Shown: positions 57,164 to 64,000 of the stretch, piece after piece
How the letters are laid out: each line of letters begins with the position of its first letter
Numbering within the stretch: the first letter of the stretch is position 1
IMG/VR virus record: IMGVR_UViG_3300027747_004323
DNA length: 64,000 nucleotides
Direction: 5' to 3' (one strand)
From: an uncultured virus (IMG/VR IMGVR_UViG_3300027747_004323)
Taxonomy: Duplodnaviria > Heunggongvirae > Uroviricota > Caudoviricetes
Translations under genes and position numbers: made by a program
Notes under the pieces: model-generated
What the model was told of the DNA's origin: nothing
The model's database searches: none
Seen by the model: only the letters and a program-made list of their open reading frames with translations

Positions 57164-57403
57164 TCACACGAAGAACTTGCCTCTCAGGTCCTTCTTCTCG
57201 GCGGCCTCTGATTCGTACTTCTTGTGCATGTCCTCGACCGACTTGACGTACTCGGGATCCAGAGTGAGACAGTTCTCTTCTGTCTTGTCCTCTACGAGGC
57301 GAACTTGACGAAAGAGGTCAGCGCCATCGATCCCAAAGATGACGGCTTCTTGAAAGATCTGGATCATGCGCATCGCGACGGCGTCTGAAATCTTGTAGCT
57401 CAT
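57164..57403 (-). CDS. hypothetical protein
   Basis: 79 aa; SD AGGAG and sigma70-like promoter. Confidence 0.65.
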   Translation of the reverse strand: MSYKISDAVAMRMIQIFQEAVIFGIDGADLFRQVRLVEDKTEENCLTLDPEYVKSVEDMHKKYESEAAEKKDLRGKFFV

Positions 57404-57448
57404 TGGTAAACTCCTGTGTGTCGATACTACACTGTTGACGATTTTCGG

Positions 57449-58042
57449 TCAAGCTGGGATGCAACGGACAGTTGCGAGGATCGTCCTAATCTCCTGTGCG
57501 ACTTTCTCCTTCGACTTCTCACAGTCTACGACGTGGACCTTCTCCTCTTGAGCGTCCACCCACTTCGCGTAGAGATCCCTCACTTTTTGCTGCAGGACGG
57601 TGTCTTTCTCGTAGGCGTCCTCGGCCTCGTGGGCATGTGCCTTGCCGAGAAGGACGAGCGTGAAATCGGGACAACGTAGAAGTCGATACATCTTGTCGAT
57701 CGTGGCCTCATCGATCCCCTCGGCCATTCCGTACACAGAAGTCGAAGGACTCCACCTGTCGAAGATGATGTAGTCGTACTCGTGCTCGAGTTTGACGAGC
57801 TGGAAGCTCTGAAAAATCCATCTATTCAAGACCTGTAACCACTGGAAAGTTTTTGGAAACTTTTTCGCAGACCCATTCCGCAACATCCAGTAGATCAATC
57901 GATAGGTGACGTTGTCGTGGATCGGCACCTCGACGACGCATGCCCTCTTCTTGAGGGCTCCCGTGATGTGATCGCAGAGCATTTGGCTCTGTGTCGCCTT
58001 TCCGACACGGTCCGGTCCCTCGATGACGATGATCCTGCTCAT
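57449..58042 (-). CDS. tmk: thymidylate kinase
   Basis: IEGPDRVGKATQ, DRWSPS, PDFT. Confidence 0.88.
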   Translation of the reverse strand: MSRIIVIEGPDRVGKATQSQMLCDHITGALKKRACVVEVPIHDNVTYRLIYWMLRNGSAKKFPKTFQWLQVLNRWIFQSFQLVKLEHEYDYIIFDRWSPSTSVYGMAEGIDEATIDKMYRLLRCPDFTLVLLGKAHAHEAEDAYEKDTVLQQKVRDLYAKWVDAQEEKVHVVDCEKSKEKVAQEIRTILATVRCIPA

Positions 58043-58725
58043 TCGAACGGCTCCCTGAGAGTGCTCACATACTGTCCGTGTGGAACCATTTCCTCGAAAG
58101 TCAACTTGAACGCCTCCAGCGTGGCATCGAACACGCCGAGGTCGGACACCTGTGCGAGCATCTCGTGTGCAAGCTCCCTGACTTCGAGTTGTGCGTGCTT
58201 AGAATAGCGCAGCTTGAGAAAGTGATAGAAGCTGCGGAAGTTGAACATGACGTCTGCTGTGATCTGGTTTCCGTAGGGGAGGTAGAATCGGGCAGATTCC
58301 TTTGCCCTCTTGCGAGGCATTCCTTTCGAGACGAGTCGTTCTAGCGTCTCGTGATACTTGTGGAGAGAATACTCGAGGTGTGTGATGTACTTCTCTCGTT
58401 CCTCGGTGTCCCAATCGACAGGAACATAGTACTTGTCGTCTTTCAACTCCTTGTATCGGGCCGACTCCGCATTGACGGAGACGCCGATTCGATGCTTCAA
58501 GATGTGAATGTGTGTCGCTACGTCCGTGGTGACGAGGAAGTGCAACGCACTCTTCTCGAAGGGCGTCTCGTGACTGTTCTCAGCCAGCATCTGCAAGAGA
58601 GAAGGAATTCGGGCTCTCTTCTCTTCTGTCAAGTCTCTCGACGTCGACGTCCAAGCAGAGAGCCCGTGTGTTTCGTCGGAACCATAATGTCCGACAAGCT
58701 CTACTTTGTTTTCTTGTGCAGGCAT
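58039..58725 (-). CDS. thyX: flavin-dependent thymidylate synthase
   Basis: HETPFE, KHRIGVSVNAESARY, KESARFYLP, NFRS, LR...HAQLE. Confidence 0.93.
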   Translation of the reverse strand: MPAQENKVELVGHYGSDETHGLSAWTSTSRDLTEEKRARIPSLLQMLAENSHETPFEKSALHFLVTTDVATHIHILKHRIGVSVNAESARYKELKDDKYYVPVDWDTEEREKYITHLEYSLHKYHETLERLVSKGMPRKRAKESARFYLPYGNQITADVMFNFRSFYHFLKLRYSKHAQLEVRELAHEMLAQVSDLGVFDATLEAFKLTFEEMVPHGQYVSTLREPFE

Positions 58726-58731
58726 GTTCCG

Positions 58732-58760
58732 ATCTTACACCGGAATGCGCCAAAGTTCAA
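58732..58760 (-). promoter_or_regulatory. sigma70-like leaderless promoter of thyX
   Basis: TTGAAC-N17-TAAGAT-N6-ATG. Confidence 0.65.
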
Positions 58761-58781
58761 ACGTGAGGTGTCTTCTCAGTC

Positions 58782-59063
58782 TCAGAGAACGGCGTCGATC
58801 GCATGCATCATGATGCTGAAAATTGCCTCTGAGCGGACGTCGCCTCGTTCTGCCTTCTCAGCGTATGCCTGCATGAAGGCTTCTTCGAGACCCGGAAGCG
58901 AAAATACCTTGGGAGCATCCGTCGTCGTCGTGTAGAGGTCCCAGTAGTGTTTCGCCTCACGTGAGATTCGAGGATCAACGGGAGGTGCCACGTCGGCTTC
59001 GCCTAGAGCCTTCTGAGCTTCTTCTCTGATTATCCTGCGGAGTTGTGTCGTAGTGATCTTCAT
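58782..59063 (-). CDS. leader-motif hypothetical protein
   Basis: MKITTTQLRRIIREEAQKALGE. Confidence 0.75.
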   Translation of the reverse strand: MKITTTQLRRIIREEAQKALGEADVAPPVDPRISREAKHYWDLYTTTTDAPKVFSLPGLEEAFMQAYAEKAERGDVRSEAIFSIMMHAIDAVL

Positions 59064-59077
59064 GACGCTTCTCCTAA

Positions 59078-59371
59078 CTATGTGCTCCTGATGAATTGTA
59101 GCATCTTGTCCTCGAGAACTTTCTTGATGTCTTCTTCAATCTCTTCGAGGACTTCGTTCGCTGCAGCGAGCATCTCTCTCTGACGTACCGAATCCGATGC
59201 TGTTATCTGTATGTGACGTTTGAGGTGACGCTTGAGTCCCTCGGCTGCGTCGGATGCCACCTGCGACAGAGCGAAGTCAGGTATGCCACGAGCATAGTCT
59301 TCCGCAAGGACAGTTCGAATTTCTTCGACGACCAAACGCCTCAGTCCTGCCCTCGCGTCTTTCAAGGTCAC
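59078..59371 (-). CDS. leader-motif hypothetical protein
   Basis: LRRLVVEEIRTVLAE. Confidence 0.65.
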   Translation of the reverse strand: MTLKDARAGLRRLVVEEIRTVLAEDYARGIPDFALSQVASDAAEGLKRHLKRHIQITASDSVRQREMLAAANEVLEEIEEDIKKVLEDKMLQFIRST

Positions 59372-59817
59372 ACCTCTTCAGTGTAGGCGAGCTTGGAGTT
59401 GTGGACGAGCAAAGCTATCTGATCGACGTATCTCTCAGCAGCTGCCGTGATGTCAGAGACGAGTTCCTGTTGGACTTCCATGACTCCGTCCTGGTCGAAA
59501 TCCTCCAGGTCGTTGCTGAGGGTCGTCGGAGACATCTTCTCGACTCCGTACTTCTTCAGGGTGTCGGCAAGGACCTTGTACATGGCCTTGTCGAGGTCCT
59601 TCAAGAAGGCCTGCGCCATCTCGACAGACTTCTCGCTGACGATCCCCGAGACTTCCATCTCAAAGTTGTCAGGATTCTCTGCTTCGAACATGAGCGTCTC
59701 GACGAGACGTGACTGAGACTGCATGCGATTTCTGGCATGATAGGCAGCAGAGATTTCTTCACGACCCTCGTTGAGGATGTCGGAGATGCTCAAAGCCTGA
59801 CGTCTTCCTAGTTTCAT
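59368..59817 (-). CDS. hypothetical acidic protein
   Basis: 149 aa; ILNEG, LVE, LMFE; ATACTTA and SD upstream. Confidence 0.65.
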   Translation of the reverse strand: MKLGRRQALSISDILNEGREEISAAYHARNRMQSQSRLVETLMFEAENPDNFEMEVSGIVSEKSVEMAQAFLKDLDKAMYKVLADTLKKYGVEKMSPTTLSNDLEDFDQDGVMEVQQELVSDITAAAERYVDQIALLVHNSKLAYTEEV

Positions 59818-59882
59818 TTCTGTGACTCCTTCGTCTAAGTATCGTCTCCATCGTGATTTGGTGATCTAAGATTCCACTTGGA

Positions 59883-62480
59883 TCAGCCGCATTTGCTCGC
59901 GCCGCAGTTGACGCAGGTCACGCAGCCCTCCTTGTAGACGAGGCCATCGACTCCACAATTGCTGCAGTTCTTGTCGGAAGCCGACTTTGTTCCGTCCGGG
60001 ATGTATCCCTTCAGGACTCGGGCGAGGACCCGCGAGAAGCTCTGCATGTCACTGTGTTTGTCCTTCTGCAGCTGCTCCACGACGTAACTGACGGGAACAC
60101 CATGACGAAGCGCCAGTGAAAGCGTGCGAGTGAAAGCACCGTGATTCGGATTCGCGAAGAGCTCCACGACGTCCTTGAAGAGGAGGTGGTCGTCGTCGCC
60201 CAGAGGAATGGAGAGATTGTACGTCGCGACGCCGTCCTTCTTTCCGTTCTTGACGAGGACTCCGCTCTTCACCTTCTTGGGCACTTCGACGTGTGAAGAG
60301 AGACCACAGAACACCTCGTAAGGAGCTCCATCGAGCTTACCCACGAGCACGAGATAGCTCTCAGGTCCCCCAGAACCCTTCACGTTAATGCGGTGAATAT
60401 CACACGGTAATTCCTTCGGACGTTTTGGTGCATGATTCTCTGTGACCTTCGACGGCTGCTCGTCGGTCGGGGCGGCCTCAGCCTTCTTTGGCTCGTCGGC
60501 AACGAGTACTCCAGTCCTGCAACCGTCGCGATAGATCGTGACGCCCTTGCAACCCGTCTCCCAACCGCGCATGTAGATCTCCTTGACAACGTCGACCGAC
60601 GTGGAGTTGGGAATGTTCGTAGTGTTGGAGATCGAGTGGCAGATCCATTTCTGCGCTGCCGCCTGGAGGTCGACCTTCTTGACCCAGTCGATGTCGTTGG
60701 CGGTACCACCGAAGTACGGTGACTCCTTGACGTCCGTCTCGGTCTTGTGGTTGGCATCCATCCACTTCTTGAAAGCGTGGTGATAGACGGTGTACTCCTG
60801 CCACTTGTCGCCCATGGGATCCACGAAGTCGACACGAGCTGTAGGGTCTGCAGACGTCACCTTCTTCCGACGCTTGTAGAAGAGCATGAAGGCAGGCTCG
60901 ATTCCCGAGGTCGTCTGCGTGAGGCACGAGACGGAACCGGCCGGAGCCGTTGTGGTCAGAGCGATGTTTCTGCGACCGAACTTGTCGTAGTTCGCTGCAA
61001 GCTCTGGGTCGGCCTCGAGCACCTGGAGGATGAACGGGTGCTTCGACTCGAAGTTGTGCGAGTACACCGGGAACGCTCCGCGTTCCTCTGCCATCTTGAC
61101 GGAAGAACGGTAGGCGTTGAGGCACAGTCCCTTATAGAGAGTCTCTGTCATCGTGATAGAGATGTCGCTACCGTACACGAAGTTCATGGCAGCGAGTGCG
61201 TCTCCGAGGCCCGTCACGCCAAGTCCGGTCCTACGACCACCGAGAGCCGCCGACTTGATCTTGTTCCACAACTCGAGCTCGGACCTCTTCACATCCATCG
61301 GCTCTGGATCCGCCTCGATCTTTGCGATGATCCTGTCTACCGCCTCGATCTCCAGGTCGATGAGGTCGTCCATGAGCCGCTGGGCCTTCTGAACTGTTGC
61401 GTGGAAGCGAGGCATGTCGTAAGCTGCCTCGGATGTGAACGACTTCTTGACAAACTTGTAGAGGTTGACGAGAAGAAGACGACAAGAATCGTACGGAGAA
61501 AGGACGATCTCCCCACAAGGATTGGTCGACACCGACTTGTAACCGTCGTAGCACTCGGTGGGTGTGCGCTTCTTGACCGTGTCCCAGAAGAGGAGTCCAG
61601 GCTCAGCCGAAGCCCATGCTGCCTCGATGATCTCGTGCCATAGTTCCTTGGCGTCTACCCAGCTCTCCACGGTGTGGACCGCATCCGCTTGAACAGGGAA
61701 GCGTAGATGGACCTTGCCACCGTCCTTCACCGCCTGCATGAACTCGTCAGTGAGACGGATGGAGATGTTTGCGCCAGTCACCTTCTTGAGGTCGCGCTTG
61801 ATGTTGATGAAGGTGCGAATCTCGGGGTGGTGGACATCGATCGTGAGCATCAGGGCTCCTCGACGACCACCCTGCGCAACCTCACGGCAGGTGTTGGAGA
61901 ACCTCTCCATGAAGACGCTGATGCCGTCGGTGGTACGTGCAGCGTTGGCAGTGACCAAGCCCTTGGGTCGAATCGTAGAGATGTCGAAGCCGACGCCGCC
62001 TCTACGCTTCATGATCTGCGCCTGCTCCTGGTCGGCCTTGAGGATGCCGGCATAGGAGTCGTAAGGTGACTCCACGACGAAGCAGTTGGAGAGTGACTGG
62101 TACTGATAGGGATTCCCGACCGCAGACATGGGAGAACCCTGCGGGACGACAGGTCCCAGACCGCGAGACTCCGCAGCCAGCTCATCCAAGGTCATGACTT
62201 CACGTCGAGAAGCATCGATGTGCTCAACGTCGGCGAGGAGACAGAAGATCTCCTTCTCCGACATCGGGTTGGGATACTTTGCCTCGATTCGTGCGAACTC
62301 TCGTGCGAGTCGTCGGTGCATGTCCGACGGCGTCTTCTCGAGAATGTTGCCTGAGTTGTCCCTCAGCGCGTACTTGGACACGAAGACAGAGGCGGCGAGT
62401 TCGTCACCGCCAAAGTATTCCAACGTCGCGCTGTAAGCCTCGTCCTGTGTGTACTTGGTCATGATTTGCGATTGCTCCAT
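59883..62480 (-). CDS. nrdJ: class II (B12-dependent) ribonucleotide reductase
   Basis: SLSNCFV, GGVG, RRGALM, TNPCGE, APAGS, SGIEP, KGVTIYRDG, C-terminal TSCPD-like domain with CxxC pairs. Confidence 0.92.
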   Translation of the reverse strand: MEQSQIMTKYTQDEAYSATLEYFGGDELAASVFVSKYALRDNSGNILEKTPSDMHRRLAREFARIEAKYPNPMSEKEIFCLLADVEHIDASRREVMTLDELAAESRGLGPVVPQGSPMSAVGNPYQYQSLSNCFVVESPYDSYAGILKADQEQAQIMKRRGGVGFDISTIRPKGLVTANAARTTDGISVFMERFSNTCREVAQGGRRGALMLTIDVHHPEIRTFINIKRDLKKVTGANISIRLTDEFMQAVKDGGKVHLRFPVQADAVHTVESWVDAKELWHEIIEAAWASAEPGLLFWDTVKKRTPTECYDGYKSVSTNPCGEIVLSPYDSCRLLLVNLYKFVKKSFTSEAAYDMPRFHATVQKAQRLMDDLIDLEIEAVDRIIAKIEADPEPMDVKRSELELWNKIKSAALGGRRTGLGVTGLGDALAAMNFVYGSDISITMTETLYKGLCLNAYRSSVKMAEERGAFPVYSHNFESKHPFILQVLEADPELAANYDKFGRRNIALTTTAPAGSVSCLTQTTSGIEPAFMLFYKRRKKVTSADPTARVDFVDPMGDKWQEYTVYHHAFKKWMDANHKTETDVKESPYFGGTANDIDWVKKVDLQAAAQKWICHSISNTTNIPNSTSVDVVKEIYMRGWETGCKGVTIYRDGCRTGVLVADEPKKAEAAPTDEQPSKVTENHAPKRPKELPCDIHRINVKGSGGPESYLVLVGKLDGAPYEVFCGLSSHVEVPKKVKSGVLVKNGKKDGVATYNLSIPLGDDDHLLFKDVVELFANPNHGAFTRTLSLALRHGVPVSYVVEQLQKDKHSDMQSFSRVLARVLKGYIPDGTKSASDKNCSNCGVDGLVYKEGCVTCVNCGASKCG

Positions 62481-62500
62481 GATGTGGATCCTTAACTATA

Positions 62501-63937
62501 CTACAATGCTCGTGCTTCTTCAGCGACGTTCGGGCTGGTTTTCTGAGGAGGGAATTCGTTCTTCATTTCCTTCCACTTCGCGCGAAGAGCTTGACGTTGG
62601 GCCTCTTCTTCGGACACCACCGCCGTGTCAGGAGCGTCTGACTCTCCTGTGATCTCAAACTTACTACGTGCCGTGTTCATCTTCAGAGGAAAGACAAGGC
62701 CGTCTCGGCCTGCACGATTCTTAGCCACATAGAGGCGACCCCAGCCGCTTGCTTTCTCGTGTGGTCGCCTCGAGACCGAGACGATGAGGTCGCAAATCAT
62801 CGCCTTGCCGTAGGCCTCTGACATGTTCGTCATGTCGATCACCTCGGCATTCGCACCCTCTTTGTTCGACTGTGATGCAGTCCAGATGGGTACGCCAAGC
62901 TCCATCGCGAGGCCTCGTAGCTCCTCGTAGACGAGCTTGAGCTCGTGTCGTAGAGAGTCGAACTGTCGAGTCGACCTCATGATGTCAGCGTAGTCGATGA
63001 TGATGATGTCTGGCTTGAATCCCTTTAGGTCGAGACGTTCGATGTGCGACTTGATCGTGTAGATGGATGCTGTATTTGTGGGATATTCTTTGATGAACAA
63101 CCGACCAAGTCGATTGTCCTCGTAGAACTTCTTGACCTCCTCCTTACGGTCCATCACCTCGTTCGAGTCGATGTCACAGAGATTGGAGTCGTACCTGATA
63201 CCGACTGCCGTCTCGGACAGCTCGAAGGTGTAGTGGAGGACGTTCTTGCCTTCACGAAGGGCGTTGGCTCCAATCATGGTGAGCCAGTGAGACTTGCCGC
63301 TGCCGGAGGCACCGACGACGCAGAGGAGTTCACCCTTGCCGCTGCCGCCGTTGAGGATCTCTTTCTTGTCGAGCTCCGGGATTCGAGTCGGAATGGTGTC
63401 ACGCTTCAACTTCGTGAAACGTGCGTCCATCTCGTTGAAGAAGTCGTGTCCCACAGAGGGAGCAGTACCGACTTGGACGGCCTTCTTGATCGTCTCCACG
63501 ATGGACTCATATTTGTTCGCCTGCATCTGGTCGACTGCAGACTCGAGAGCCTTCTTGAGTGCCTGCTTCCTGCAGAACTCGAGCGACTTCTCCTTGACGT
63601 ACTGAAGGTCGCCAGGATCTGGGTTCGCCTTCATTCTCTGGAGGTAGTCGATGATCTGGTCCCGCAGGATGACGTCCGTTCCCGTCTTCAGATCGTCACG
63701 AATGATCGTGACGAGAAGCTGTAGCGTCGGAAACACCTTGTATTTCTTCGAATACGCAAAGTAACGATCCGCCAAGAACTTGAGATAATTCACCTCGAAG
63801 TAGGAGATGTCGACCACCTCCGTCATCTGTTCGGCCCATTTGTGATCGGTCAGAAGAGCTTGTCCGAGTTTCTCCTGGAAGGACTTGCCGAACTGACCGA
63901 AAGTTACGCCTGAGTGCTTATTGTCGTTTTCTAGCAT
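62501..63937 (-). CDS. replicative helicase (DnaB / T4 gp41-like)
   Basis: GASGSGKS, TFELSE, IKEYPT, IDYAD, WTASQ, KNR. Confidence 0.92.
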   Translation of the reverse strand: MLENDNKHSGVTFGQFGKSFQEKLGQALLTDHKWAEQMTEVVDISYFEVNYLKFLADRYFAYSKKYKVFPTLQLLVTIIRDDLKTGTDVILRDQIIDYLQRMKANPDPGDLQYVKEKSLEFCRKQALKKALESAVDQMQANKYESIVETIKKAVQVGTAPSVGHDFFNEMDARFTKLKRDTIPTRIPELDKKEILNGGSGKGELLCVVGASGSGKSHWLTMIGANALREGKNVLHYTFELSETAVGIRYDSNLCDIDSNEVMDRKEEVKKFYEDNRLGRLFIKEYPTNTASIYTIKSHIERLDLKGFKPDIIIIDYADIMRSTRQFDSLRHELKLVYEELRGLAMELGVPIWTASQSNKEGANAEVIDMTNMSEAYGKAMICDLIVSVSRRPHEKASGWGRLYVAKNRAGRDGLVFPLKMNTARSKFEITGESDAPDTAVVSEEEAQRQALRAKWKEMKNEFPPQKTSPNVAEEARAL

Positions 63938-64000
63938 TGACTCTCCGAAGTATATCTCAGCTTCTCAATGCACTTGAGGTCATAGAAGAACCCCTCAGCA

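Noticed and set aside
63938..64000. 3' end of an upstream gene
   Set aside because: Too short to assign a frame or function

Overview
This 64 kb window looks like part of a large (jumbo-type) dsDNA bacteriophage genome. It is densely coded, mostly on the minus strand, GC-rich with a few visibly AT-richer inserts, and reads normally in the standard genetic code. Replication and repair genes: a T4 gp41/DnaB-type helicase, class II ribonucleotide reductase, a DnaE-type polymerase, PolX, a 5'-3' exonuclease, an RNA ligase and an MBD4-like glycosylase. Other cargo: three orphan DNA methyltransferases, a YeaH-SpoVR-PrkA module, stress genes (SOD, Dps-like, Hsp20) and many hypothetical proteins. Four things stand out. 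(1) dnaE is fractured into two genes carrying the halves of a naturally split intein (Cys1 ... His-Asn/Thr+1), with a free-standing endonuclease between them. (2) Around dnaE lies a nucleotide-modification cluster: a kinase fused to a minimal thymidylate-synthase-fold domain with the cytosine-specifying Asp, a second divergent ThyX, a nucleoside deoxyribosyltransferase, a dimeric dUTPase/dCTPase pair (one fused to a HAD phosphatase) and three NDP-sugar epimerases. This suggests an undescribed cytosine (hyper)modification pathway. (3) At least 10 unrelated proteins share an N-terminal 'MK(I/L)TxxQLRRIIKEE' leader, which may be a capsid-packaging signal. (4) Two promoter classes are readable directly in the DNA: about 20 copies of ATAnTTA, and a sigma70-like class that often gives leaderless genes. 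All functional calls come from motif recognition by eye; no database searches were run.
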